DNA from: Eledone cirrhosa
Taxonomy: Eukaryota
DNA: 64,000 nt
Direction of reading: 5' to 3'
NCBI GenBank assembly: GCA_964016885.1
Contig: OZ024741.1
Location: 144,398,001-144,462,000, forward strand
Both the position numbers and the translations under genes were made by a program. Below are positions 1 through 13,732 of the stretch, one piece after another (within the stretch, counting starts at the first letter, position 1; every line of letters begins with the position of its first letter). Below the pieces are notes generated by a model that saw nothing but the letters and a program-made list of their open reading frames with translations, ran no database searches and was not told where the DNA came from.

Positions 1-927
1 CCCTCTGCTCTATTTTTCTCTATTGCTAAAATCTTACTAAACCTAATGGACTCTATTCCAATTGCTCTTTTCAGAGCAAACCACCACTTGTTGTTGACGA
101 TGGCCCCCGTCAACGCCCGCTTAACTAGTTCGCTAATCCGGTCTCTGTAGGCCTTGCGCGCTGGAAAGGACGCGTTTAGCTTCCAGTAGCCGGGTCCTCC
201 TCTATGAAGCCTATCTAATTCAAGCACACAGATCACGTATTTGTGGTCCGTGTAGCTGACTATCTTGAATTGTGGACAGCCTATGCTAGACCTATCTATT
301 TCTCTGCAAAATACTCTATCTAGATATGATATGGATGACCCTATGCGATTTGTCCAAGTCCACATTGGCACATTCGGGAAATCCAATCGGTACCTGTCAG
401 ACAGTTCAAAACGCCTGAGCAGGTTGGTGAGGCTCTTGCACCCTCCTCCCCTATCCGCTAATCCCACACAGTCCAAGCGTACATCTAAGATCCCGTTCCA
501 GTCGCCCACTAACACTAAAGAGCGGGATGTTCCAAGAAAGGTCTCCAGACGCCGGAAGAAATCAGGTCGCCCTGTTCCTGTCGGGGCATAGACGGCCACT
601 AGCCTGAAAGCTTGCCCGTCTCCGCTGGTCACGTCTAGCACCACCAACTTACCTTCTGGGTCCAGGAAGATGGCCCGTATGGCGAAATCCAAACCTCTCC
701 GAAAAAGCACAGCAACTCCCCCCCCCCCCCGATCCCGGACGGCTGTGAGATGCGTACACATCGTAGCCGCCGAAGATCGGTGCGAAGGCCCGTGCTTCGG
801 AGATTCTGGTCTCGCTGATGGCCACTACATCTATGTTTAGTGACCTGAGGTCGTTGAGCAGGTGGCCCTGCTTCCATGACGACCCCAAGCCACGCGCATT
901 TATGCTGCCTATTCTGAGTGAGGTCAT
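1..927 (-). pseudogene. LINE ORF2 N-terminus (AP endonuclease), frameshifted
   Basis: ORF 649..927, continued in other frames, shows the APE motifs. Confidence 0.85.
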
Positions 928-961
928 GTTGAAATGGAGTGGAATAGATGGGAAAGACCAC

Positions 962-2884
962 TTACCTTACTTCTCGTAGAGGAAGGATGGTTTGTCCATC
1001 CTTTTCACTGCTTGTGGCCTCCTCCGGAAGGATGTCCTCATAAATCCTCCTGGAGAGTGTTTGTCGGAAGTCTCCGATGTCTTTGGGGAATTTTTGTTTT
1101 AGTGTCATGTACGTTTTCTGTGTGATGCGAGTGATTTGTATGTGTGGAGGTGGTGTGAATTTTGGGGTTGTTGTGTAGTCTTTTTCTGTGATGCTGGTGT
1201 TGTGTTGGATGTAGTGTAATAATTGCTTGTTGTTCAAATGTAATGCTGTGTAGTGTGTATCGTTTTGGTTGTTTTGTTTTGTTTGCGTTTGTTGTGGGTT
1301 TGTTTCTGTTACGCTTTTTGATGACTTTTGTGGTGTTGGTTATGGTGGTGTTGGGGTTAATGATGGTGATGGTGTTGGTGTTTGTGGTGATTGGGTTGGT
1401 GATGCTGGTGTGGATGGTGGCATATCTGTCCTAACGTTTTTGTTTGATAATTTATTTGTTTCCCTCTGTATTTTGTTTAGGAGGGGGAAGGAAGAGAGTT
1501 TTTTCTGTTTTGGTTTCTTTTTTTTTTTTTCCTGATACCGTTTCCCACTCCTCGTCGTCACAATCTGTCTCCAGTTGCGATAAGCCGGGGAGTGGAAAAT
1601 CCTCCACAGGCGTTGGTTTTGGTTGTGGCGTGGTGGATGGTGTAGGCGCTGGTGCTACTTCTGGCGCGTTGGGTTGTGGTGGTGTTGGTTTTGCTACTGT
1701 TGCTGGGGTTGTTGCTGTTACAGTTGCTTCTGTTGTTGCTGCTACAATTGTTGCTGCCATTTCTGCTGCTGGTGGTGTTGATGGTTGAGTCACTGGGGTG
1801 GGTAAGAGAGGTGGCCTCAACCTTTTAGCCTGAGGGCAGAAATCCCTTAGGTGGGTTCCTTCACCACAAACGACACACCTAGGCCTTCTGCCCTCGACGA
1901 TTACGGTGAGGTGGCTGCCGTCAGTGTGAGGTATATTACCTCTGGGATCTCCTCAATGCTTTTATGGTCCGCTTGGATCAGGAGCTCCATCCCAGATCCG
2001 GACTAGTTCTCCTGCTTTTCCTTCGCTATTTCAATTATCTTGGTGTTGGCCTCGATGCTGGCGAGGACGGCAGCCATTAGCCAGGGAATTTCGATGGCCG
2101 GTGGAACGTGGGTCACCCTGATCTTCACAAGTCTCTGGCCACAATAGCTTGGGACGAGTGTGAAGTCGTCACTTCTTAATGGGGCCATGGAGTGTTCTCT
2201 GGCCTCCTGTGGTGTTTCAAAGAACACGTCCACGGTTCCATATTTCTGCCCACGTCTGATGTGGGTTTTTTTTGCCCACACATGTCCCAAAGCTTTTTGG
2301 ATTTGGGACTCGGATGCCCGTTCCACTCGGTGCGATTTTATGTTAATTGTCCGATATACATGGTGCATAGGCGCCGATGCTGCATTTTATTAGGTGGGGT
2401 GGGGGTGGGGTGGCTGACCCTGTACCCATCTTTCTTTACCATTCCTTTGGCTTCTTCTAATTCCTCCTGAGTTACCTGGATCGTTTCGCACGTTTTTGCT
2501 ACTCTGGCAAAACTCAGGGTAGTTTTCTTAATTTCATTGTTGCTGTTATCGTTATTTTTGTTATTGTTAATTTTAGTTTCAGTTGTGGTGGTGGTGGCGT
2601 CAGTGGTGTTCGGTGTGGAAGAGTTCATTTTGGTTGAATTAATTTCGATATCACGAGTTAATTTATTTTTTTCTTTTGTTTCTGTTGTCGCTGTGGTGGT
2701 GGTGGGGTTGCGGCTTTAACACCTGCAGTCATTGGTAATGGCGGGAAATGAACGTCTGCCTGAGACAAATTTAAAATATTGCTACTGCTTACATTTCCAG
2801 TGTTGGCAAACGTAGCAATATTTACAATGGTGGTGTCGTGTGAGGTGTTAGATTGTGAGGAAGGAGTGACTCTGCGTCATCCAT
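962..2884 (-). pseudogene. LINE ORF1 (gag-like, zinc knuckle, Pro/Thr-rich C-terminus), frameshifted
   Basis: ORF pieces 2338-2628, 2003-2368, 1452-1820 and 962-1237; CX2CX4HX4C knuckle at ~1840-1880. Confidence 0.8.
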
Positions 2885-3120
2885 GAATTTTCAAAGAAAA
2901 ATGTTTTGTTTGATAATTATAAAAAGTTTTAAATTTTGGGCTCAAGGCCCCAATATTTTGAGTGTATTTTCAGAAATCAATGTATGTGCACTTATATACA
3001 GTTAACAATAAAAATTTTCCATAAATGACAATTTTAAACAACTGAAAATAACAAACCTTTGCGGAGCTCACGATGATACGATTTACTACGTAGGTCGCCA
3101 ATAATAATAATAATAATACG

Positions 3121-3230
3121 AAGAAGAAGAAGAAGAAGAAGAAGAAGAAGAAGAAGAAGAAGAAGAAGAAGAAGAAGAAGAAGAAGAAGAAGAAGAAGAA
3201 GAAGAAGAAGAAGAAGAAGAAGAAGAAGAA
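3121..3230. repeat. (AAG)n microsatellite
   Basis: Pure trinucleotide run. Confidence 0.98.
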
Positions 3231-3810
3231 GCTATTATCGTGTGTATGACGGATCCGACTATTGACCGTGTCCATCATGAAGATCACTCCACAATCTTCT
3301 TTTGGCAAGGAAGTGTTTGCTGTTTTCCTCTGTCTGGTGGCTTTAACGAAAGCGGTTGTGTGGTGGACGCAACAGAAAGGACTGAAGAACTATAATTTCC
3401 TCTTCAGCCAAGCCATCAACTTTTTCAAGTTCTACTTGGAAAGGAGGTGAGGGTGGCGAGGGAAGTGTTGGCTTCTTTATTACACTTGTTAAAAGGTGGG
3501 TGAATGTATTGAGGATGGCCAGAGTGAATTTGCCTACTCTGAGCATGCGCCTGTAGATGAGAAGTTCGTCGGAAGTGAGAGGAGCACATTCCTATGGGGT
3601 TATTAGGGTGATTTCGGATCTGTGGGAGTTCCTAAATTGCCCTTGGATGGTGCTCTTCTGTTGTTTTAATATTATTGTTATTTTGTTACCTGTCTACTTT
3701 GTGTCACGTTTTACATTGTATTATATTATATGTAACACCCCACGGCCTTTGTCCATTTGTATTGTCCTTTGTATTTCGGCCCAAACGGCCAATAATGAAA
3801 GAATTATTAC
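3231..3810 (+). mobile_element. Tx1-like LINE 3' fragment (ORF2 C-terminus plus 3' UTR)
   Basis: AVFLCLVALTKAVVWWT..KGL..INFFKFYLERR matches the ORF2 C-terminus at 50510-50750. Confidence 0.8.
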
Positions 3811-4419
3811 AGGTGTGTGTGGGTATGTGTTTGTGTGTGTGTTTGCTAACCCTGCAATAATATTAATAATACTAACTTTTGTTTGTTATTTCAGTTTCTG
3901 CAGCAATAGATAAGTAAATAAATTGGAGCAAAGATCAAGAAAGTAAGAGCAACTAATAACAATCGGAATAAACATATTTTATAGAAATTAATCGTATATC
4001 TTTCTTTCTGAGCCGAGAAATTCCTTCTCTCTTTCTCTCGTCTCCGACGTTTCACCATTTTATATGAGGTTTTCAAGATTTAATGCAACCATTGATCAAA
4101 TCAAAGATATCAATCAATCATGAAACATTGATCAGAAATGACAAGGCAATTCTTATCGATATTGCTTACAGATCGAATTCTGTCATTTGTGAGGCCAATG
4201 TGAGGTCTATCAATCATAAATGGTTTCAGATTCTACTTACAATTACAGACATAAACGCATACACATAAATACTCACATATACATATTTATATGTACACAT
4301 ACACATACACATACATATACATATGTACACGCACATGTATACATACACACATAATACCTACATACGCATGCGAACACACACATACATATAGATACATATA
4401 TACATACATTTATTTGTGA

Positions 4420-4560
4420 AGGCGCATGGCTGAGTGGTTAGAGAATTGGATTCGCAATCGTGAGGTTGTGAGTTCGATTCCTGATCCAGGCGATGCGTTA
4501 TGTCCTTGAGCAAGATACTTTATTTCACGTTGCTCCTTCTACCTGGAGTTGCGGCCGATA
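4420..4560 (+). mobile_element. tRNA-derived SINE (CORE-like)
   Basis: A box TGGCTGAGTGG, B box GTTCGATTCC, then GTCCTTGAGCAAGATACTTTATTTCACGTTGCTCC. Confidence 0.75.
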
Positions 4561-5279
4561 GATAGTATTAGCAATTTGAAAAACCAACGGAAACATTGTT
4601 TCCTCGGTCCGAATTGACGATTATACATGTATACACGATTATACATGTATACACATACGTACATACATATAGATATACATACATATACATACACACACAT
4701 GCATTCATATACATACACACATACATGTGCATATACACTCACACACACGAAATGATACACATACTCACAAAATAATACACATTAATACGAAACGACACAC
4801 AATGATACTCACACACAAAATGACATACACAATGATACACACTCAAAATGATATACACAAAACGTCACACACACATATACATACACACAATGAATATACG
4901 TATTTACACACATACACACACACGCACGCATACTCACACACAAAAACACCGAGAAACATATATACATAACTATACATATATACATATGTACGAGCATACA
5001 CAAACAAAATGGCTGACCCAGGTTGACTTCAACTCTATTAACAAACGTATTTCAGCAAGTAGCTTTGAAATATAGCGGAAAATTCGATTGGAAAGAGTGT
5101 AAATTGAAGTCATAAAGTCTCATCGATTATACTTATAATCCGAACCTTCACCACCGCCAGTCCACTATATTTTCTCTTAAATCTGGGTTTCCATCTCTTA
5201 TTTTCAGATTTTGCCTTCAAGCATATTGTTTTGATATTCATAATCAAAAACACTTCATTCTCTTTATTTTCTATGTATG

Positions 5280-6043
5280 TTCTTCTGGTTTTATAATTTC
5301 ACAAATTTTTGCCAATAGAGAGAGAGTCGGTTTCTAACATGTTACATAACATCAACTAGGTAGATATGTATGCATGTCTGCATGTGTAGATATTGATGTT
5401 ATTGTTTGTGTGGATGTGTATGTTTTGAATTGTATGTGTGCATGTGAAATGCTTAGTATCTGTACATGTGTATATGCAGTTATTAGATGCAAATTTTTTG
5501 GAATGGAATGTTTTACATATTTTTACTGTTCCATTAATGGATTGTACTTGTAATTTCCTAACTAGTTGTGTTCTTTCTGTTCCTGTGAAGCCCAGTTTCT
5601 CAAGATTTGTATTGAGGCAGTTACTAACATATCCCAGGGCCCCAATAATCACAGGCATAAATCTGAAGGTATAATCAGGGTGGAGTAGCTGCAGATTTCT
5701 CATCAGTTCTGCATAAATATTCTCCTTTTCGCTAATCTTTGATATTATATTGGCATCTGCTGGACAGCTAACTTCCACTACTGTGCATGCCTTCTTTTCC
5801 CTGTCCCATATCATTATATCTAGTCTGTTATGCCTGCAATTTATTTGGGCTTTTACTGGAACATTCCACCAGTACTCTTTCATATTATGTATATGTACGT
5901 CTGACACATTGCTGTAGTTTTTAATGTGTTTATTATCGGGGCTATTTTTTCTACTGATTGCATTGTACAGTGTTTTGGCCACTACATCATGCCTCATAGG
6001 TAGATAGTACCGCGATGACATCTTTGGACATCTGCTTATGACA
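5280..6043 (-). mobile_element. R4/Dong LINE, 5'-truncated (restriction-like endonuclease domain plus 3' UTR)
   Basis: RHDVVAK, RLDI..WD and VVEVSCP; near-identical to 25307-26100; (TACA)n on both sides. Confidence 0.9.
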
Positions 6044-6387
6044 TGTATGTATGTATGTATGTATGTATGTATGTATGTATGTATGTATGTATGTATGTAT
6101 GTATGTATGTATGTATGTATGCATGTATGTATGCATGCATGCATGTATGTATGTGAGTATGTATGCATGCATGCATGTATGTATCAAGGTATGTATGCAT
6201 GCATTCATGCATGCATGCATGTATGTATATATGTATGCATGTATGTATATTTTGTGTTTTTTCTTTGTCTACTTCCTTTCTATTTAGCTTTTTGGAGTAT
6301 TGGCCAAGTAAGTATTTCTCTTGCCATCATTTTAACATGGCATTCTGAATGTATGTATGCATCAATGTATGTATGTATGTATGTATG

Positions 6388-7182
6388 TTCTTCTGGTTTT
6401 ATAATTTAATACATTTTTACCAATAGAGAGAAAGGGTTTCTAGCATAAACACAAGATTATTTCATTAGAATTTAGACAACAACTAGGTAGATATATATGG
6501 ATGTCCGCATGCGTTCGTGTGCAGATATGGATGTTATTGTATGTGTGGATGTGTATGTTTTGAGTTATATGTGTGCATATGCATATGTTTTGTATCTGTA
6601 CATGTGTATATGGAGTTATTACATGCATTAATGGATTGTACTTATAATTTCCTAACTAACCCTGTTCTTTCTGGTTCTGTGAAGCCCAGTTTCTCAAGAT
6701 TTGTACTGAGGCTGTTACTAACATATCCCAGCGCTCCCAAAACACAGGTATAAATCTGAAGGTATAGTCTGGGTGGAGTATCTGCAGATTCCTCTTTAGT
6801 TCTGCATAGATATTCTCCTTTCGCTAATCTTTATTATTATTTTGGCATCTGCTGGGCAGCTAACTTCCACTACTGTGTATGCCTTATTTTCCCTGTCCCA
6901 TATTATTATATCTGGTCTGTTTTGCTTGCATTTTATTGGGGTTTTTACTGGAATATTCCACCAGTCCTCTTTCTTATTATGCATGCATATGTCATCCATA
7001 TTGCTGTAACTTTTAATATATTTATTATCGGGTCTTGTTTCCAATGGATTGCATTGTATAGCGCTTTGGCAACCACATCATGCCTCGTAGGTAGATAGTA
7101 CCATGATGATATGGGAGACATTTTCGATGTTAATTCTGCAGAGTTTGCATTTATTGTCACATCTCGGTATTTTGCCTGCATC
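6388..7182 (-). mobile_element. R4/Dong LINE, 5'-truncated, more decayed copy
   Basis: RHDVVAK and RPDIIIWD..VVEVSCP; the same 3' end AAACCAGAAGAA abuts (CATA)n. Confidence 0.85.
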
Positions 7183-7873
7183 TTTTTTTTTTTAAATCAG
7201 ATAATTTGTATCATCTGCGTGATGCGGTGTGCGTGATAAGTTAGGTCCTTCAAGTTACAGGTACAACTCATTTTTACTAGCTGAGTGGACTGGAGCAACA
7301 CTAGGTAATACAACGCGCCGACGAGCATCGAACTTACACCTTACGTTCTTGAACCGATCGCCTTATCTACAAAGCTTTCGTAGATATGATATATATAAAT
7401 TTATTGAACACTATTAAACCACTGCATGAAGATGTTTGACTATTTTTGAAACAAACATCAAAAGACGAGGCAAAGTTACATAAGAGAGACATAGAATTAT
7501 GGAAGATTGCTCCATGGTCGAGCGAATGGATAAATGATTTTAGTGAAATTAATTGAATTTCTGATAAATATCTACATCTACGTCTGGTAATTTCCCGAGA
7601 CTATCGAGAGGTAAGCATATAAACAGCTATGTAGAGAAAACCATACAAACATAAAGGAATAAATACACACACACATACACACATGTATATATGTAATTAT
7701 GGATATGTATGCATGTGTGTATATGTGTGTATGTGAGAGTGTTTGTGTGTGTACAAACAAAAGGTATACGTGGACATGCATGAGAGGAGCATTTTGCATG
7801 AAATGTAATACATACACATAGAATCAAGCAGTCGGAATATAGCAAATGGTTAAATAAAATTAAAAAAATAAAT

Positions 7874-8070
7874 CTTCAGTCAGTTGAGACTATCAATGCA
7901 ATTTCAAGCCCGAAACTTCCTTTAGAGTTGTTCAGATAACTGAACTATCTTAAAAACTTGGAGCAGCTCGGGCTATAGGGGATCTTTCTTTTGTTCACTT
8001 CTCGTTATCTGAACAACATTAAAGGGAGTTTTTGTTTTGAAATTGCGAGGATAGTTTAAGTTGATTGAAG
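7874..8070. mobile_element. Palindromic MITE-like element
   Basis: Imperfect inverted arms of ~70 bp (GTTGTTCAGATAAC / GTTATCTGAACAAC). Confidence 0.55.
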
Positions 8071-8104
8071 CTTTAACACTCGCCCAATTCAGAATGTGAG
8101 ACTA

Positions 8105-8204
<100 letters not shown>

Positions 8205-8239
8205 TGCGTTCGTGTGTGTGTGTGTGTGTATATAAATAT

Positions 8240-8910
8240 ATGATGGCTGCCATTTTTTTACAGAAGACGGCCAACTCTTCAACGAATTCCATGCTATGAA
8301 ACTCCGCCAACTGCAGTCTGCTGGCCAGTTTGATGACTGAATCTGCTTTGTTTAAGTCATCTTTTCTAGACTTTTCCCATGTGGTATGGGTGAGCAGTGC
8401 GTCTCCAAAGGTCTGCTCTGACGCTCATGACTCCCCCGAAGCGTGTTGCTGTGCAGGTTAACAGTGCAGCGACGATAGGATAAGACACGAGGCACCTACA
8501 TGTAAATTTGAGACTATGAGCTTCTAACCGTTCGAGTCAGCACACGTAGCCACTCCATCCCCGCGGCTATGTGTCCTCTGACAAACTAAGGCAAGATAAC
8601 AGCACAGTTGCGAGGATCGCATGTGTTATTGTCATGGAGTTTGACCTCTCCAGGGAGTGTGGCTGTACTCACCATGCTTGGCCAATTGCAGGTTGGTGAG
8701 GTTATTTAACCCATACTTGGAGTGGATGGCCATTGACTCTGAGCAGTTCATCCATCCTTTGACAGCTCTTGTGTTCGTGCTGCTGGGTTTCCACTTATCC
8801 TACTCACCTAACCAGGGTCTGGTGAGGTAGCCGGTTTAGTCGCCGACAACTCGATCACGAAACAGGTTGTGCTGGGATACATGGTACCAGTAGCAGACAC
8901 AGACCTGACC
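8240..8910 (-). mobile_element. Short non-autonomous RTE-like retroelement
   Basis: Shares the 5' motif (CTACTGGTA.CATGTATCCCAG..GGCGACTAAAC.GG), the internal AGAGTCAATGGCCATCC and the 3' end GGCAGCCA with 9134-9746. Confidence 0.6.
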
Positions 8911-9133
8911 TGCATATATACATACACACACAAAGTCGCCTGTGGGATACGGGCTAGCACTTGCTGTATGCTGGACAGTTACGTCACCATTACATTTTCC
9001 CAAAGGCAACTCAGTCCACATTTTCCCTGTCTCAATTGGTTTATATGCCCGACTTTTCGACTATTGTATAGTTAAACATGCATGTAGCATCTTACTTTAA
9101 GCTAATGTACTTTCAATATGTCTGTATATATAT

Positions 9134-10634
<1,501 letters not shown>

Positions 10635-10719
10635 ATATATATATATATAACCAAAGTTTATATGGTTCGTTGATTATTCAACGAATACAATTTTACAATA
10701 GATTGGAAGCACTCGACAG

Positions 10720-12010
10720 AAATTTGATAATAAATAGCAATGAGAATAGTATAAGGTCTGTAAATAACAATGGGAATAAATGTAATTGTAGAAATAGGTC
10801 TGAATGCCCTTTACAAAATAATTGTCTTGATAAAAATCTTGTATATAAATGTGCCATTAAGGCAAATGATAATATATATATAACTACATAGGTGCCACTG
10901 CATCTAAATTTAAGGAACGTTGGTATATTCACAGACATACTTTTAATAGACCGGATAAAACATTTTCAATTTCACTTTCACAATTACTATGGTCTTTAAA
11001 GTACAATAACATTAAATACTCCATCTCTTGGAGGAAATTACGATTTGCTATCCCTTACCGGAACCCAGCAATCTCAGAATTTTGCCATCTTTGCAATGAA
11101 GTGATTCCCTCACATAATCACAAACTATGCCAATTTAATCAACCCCCCCAAAAAACATTGAATTATTTAGTAGTTATCATAAAATTGGTAAAACTTTCCA
11201 GGCAATGTACCAGTTCCAAAAAAATAAGGACAAATAACAAATTAAATATATGTAAATTTTGTCTAATTGAAGTAATAATTTAGATATTTATATGTAATAG
11301 AATAACCCTATTGAGAGTTTTTTTATCCTATGATTTGATTAGGATAGTTCAATATTTAATTAGACATCAATTAAGATATATACAATAGATAGTTTAAGGT
11401 TCCTAAAATATCGCTGGACGTGAGAGAACAGATTCCTTATAAGTTAAAAAATGATTTTACATTGTAAATCAGTTATCTTCCTTTTGTTTACATAGTCCGA
11501 AAACTTTTTTGATTAGCTTGAAAAAAACATATATAAAATATAAAATATGGATTACTAAAAAAATGATTAATAGTTTTATAATACATAGACTATCATTAAA
11601 AGTAAACTATATATCAGAATAATTAAATATAGAAGTAAATATAACCATTCATTAAATGAAATAAAATTTATAGAGAGTAAATATAATCACAGTTGGATTC
11701 TAAGAAATAAATGAAAATTAAAAAATAACGAAGTTTCACAAAAAGTGAATTTTTAAATTCTAAATTAATTTAGATAATAAATGAACAAAATATATCTATA
11801 CTTCCGGTTATACGTCCTTACTCACTTTTTCTTATGACGTCGCACAACATTCCCTTCTTTTTCTTAGTCTGTATGTCTGCTGTCTGCATTAGATAACGTT
11901 TTTCGAAATATTTACTTCTGCGTTCACAGACTGATTTTTTAAGTTTCAGAAGATCCCGTTAAGGGTGAAAGCAGCGATTCTTTGCTTAAACTTTAATCTG
12001 TTATTTTAAT
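10720..12010 (+). mobile_element. Penelope-like element 3' remnant (GIY-YIG plus pseudo-LTR)
   Basis: CNCRNRSECPLQNNCLDKNLVYKC then YIGAT (frameshifted); parallels 44980-45370; hammerhead-like motif at 11941-11993. Confidence 0.75.
11941..11993 (+). ncRNA. Type I hammerhead ribozyme motif with mutated core (CAGAAGA)
   Basis: Stem I AAGTTT/AAACTT, stem II CCC/GGG, GAAA, stem III AGCA/TGCT, CUU triplet. Confidence 0.6.
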
Positions 12011-12084
12011 ATATATATTCCTGTACATATATTTTTGCATACACAAAAACAAAAACCTATTTATTTCATAAAAGCACAGACGGT

Positions 12085-13007
12085 TATCGTCATTGTTACT
12101 GTTCGAGGTTAGAGGACCACAGTCTTTCCAAGATCTGAGAACCATCAATGGCCATCAATGTTCCACTTAACGTTTGGCTTGCCAGATGCGTGGTATGTTA
12201 CACGGTGACAGCCATTGGCACCTCACCCTGCAAGAAGCAGCAACTGCTAAAGTCCCTTCTCAGCTGCGAAAACCTTTTGCCATTATGCTGCACAACTGCG
12301 ATCTCGCCGACCCTCTTGCACTGCGGAACAACCACCGCGATAGTCTAGCTGAGAACATCCTCCACCGCACACGCAGACACAATCCAAACGTAACATACGA
12401 TGTCGTTTTCAATGAGGCGCTCATTTGTCTTGAAAACAGTGTCTTGGAGATTGGTGGTAAGCCTCTAAGTCACTACAGATTACCTGCTCCTGACAGGATT
12501 GTCCAGAGTTCAACGTCTACAGAGCTTCTCCACGAGACGAGCTACGAGATCAGTGATTCTCCCATGGTCAATTGTATGTAGGATGCTCTAGGGTGAGCTC
12601 GCCAAACAATCTCTTCATCTTTGGTCCGGAGGGCCGAACAAAAAATATTGTATACTCTGAGGCTCTAACAATGTAATTTAAATATTTTCTGCTACTTGGA
12701 ATTTCCATTATGGTTGCACAAATTATTGTTTGTTAAACAATTTGTTCTCTTTCAGCCTTTATTGTAGTAACTATCAATTTTCTTTAACGTACTGGCTGCT
12801 GAACTGGGGAATCCTAAAAACTATTCAAACCCAACATCAGAGCACGTTAACCCCCCCCCCCCCCCACCTCGCTGACTTGAGAGGGCGTGCGGTATCTTTG
12901 CACTAGAGTGTATGTGTGTGGGGGGTGGGGGGGGGTGGGGGTGGGGGATTCCTGAAAAGATAAAATGCCAGTATACCTAGCCGGACGCCAGCCGGGCGGT
13001 CATTAGT
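12085..13007 (+). mobile_element. Helitron remnant, internally deleted RepHel
   Basis: GP.SFQDLRTING..ACQMRGMLHGDSHWHLTLQEA..QLR..FAIML joined at ~12556 to a PIF1-type C-terminus (SHGQLYVGCSRV..TKNIVYSEAL). GC-rich hairpin and CATTAGT end at ~12978-13007. Confidence 0.85.
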
Positions 13008-13665
13008 TATATATATTGATGGGGATATATGCATTTTATTATATTTTAATACATATTTAATAGTTATTTAATTAGGCATTAAAGATAAAGTCTTTTAAAG
13101 TTGTAGTATAATACTAATAGAATATCTTACCTTATAATAACAAATTATAATAATCTGGAATGAGCTAAATTAAATTAAATTAATTTAAACATATACATTT
13201 GTAATTAACTTAAATATTTGATTGCTATAGAAAGTAAACTATGCCTTATAATATAAACTTATAATTAACTAAAACGTAATCCAATACAAGCGGTATTCAC
13301 TGATAAATATGGAAAAAATTTTAATTTCTAATTTTGTTTAGCATTTGAATACAACGGTTTTTTTATTCTCCCCTCTATTTTATCCTTTCCTTTTCCTCTT
13401 CTTCGTTTTTCTTTATTACCCGTTTTTTTTCTTTTTTTCCTTTTTCTTCCCGCATCTTCCCTTTCTTCTGTTTTTATTCCCCTTTTTCTCTCTCTACATC
13501 TCAACTCCCCTTCTATATTTCTACCTTGCTCTACGTCCTCTTCTTCTCTAAGTTTATCATATTATTTGTGGTATAAAAACGTTGAGGGTTGGTGAAATAA
13601 ATCACTGCCACTATTGTAATTGAATAATCAAAACCGCAGCGGCATGTCGCATATCCAATCTCTTA

Positions 13666-13732
13666 TATATTTTATCTGATGAAAACGTACTTAAACATCA
13701 TTGTACCTTTGAAATATGTATAATAAAATATA
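13666..13732 (+). ncRNA. Type I hammerhead ribozyme motif (Penelope pseudo-LTR)
   Basis: Stem I TATATTTTAT/ATAAAATATA, CTGATGA, stem II GTAC/GTAC, GAAA, short stem III, AUA triplet. Confidence 0.7.

Larger units (their letters stand above)
1..2960 (-). mobile_element. L1/Tx1-clade non-LTR retrotransposon, 5' part (ORF1 plus start of ORF2), degenerate, runs off the left edge
   Basis: Frameshifted ORF1 (~2884-962) has a CCHC knuckle (EGRRPRCVVCGEGTHLRDFC). ORF2 starts at 927 (MTSLRIGSINARGL) with APE motifs ISET, YAP, GDWN, TDH and GPGYWKLN. Homologous to the element at 50262-55840. Confidence 0.9.

Noticed and set aside
3121-3230. (TTC)n as the target of the left Tx1 element (Koshi-like specificity)
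   Set aside because: The repeat is ~150 bp from that element's apparent 5' end, and other family copies here have different flanks.
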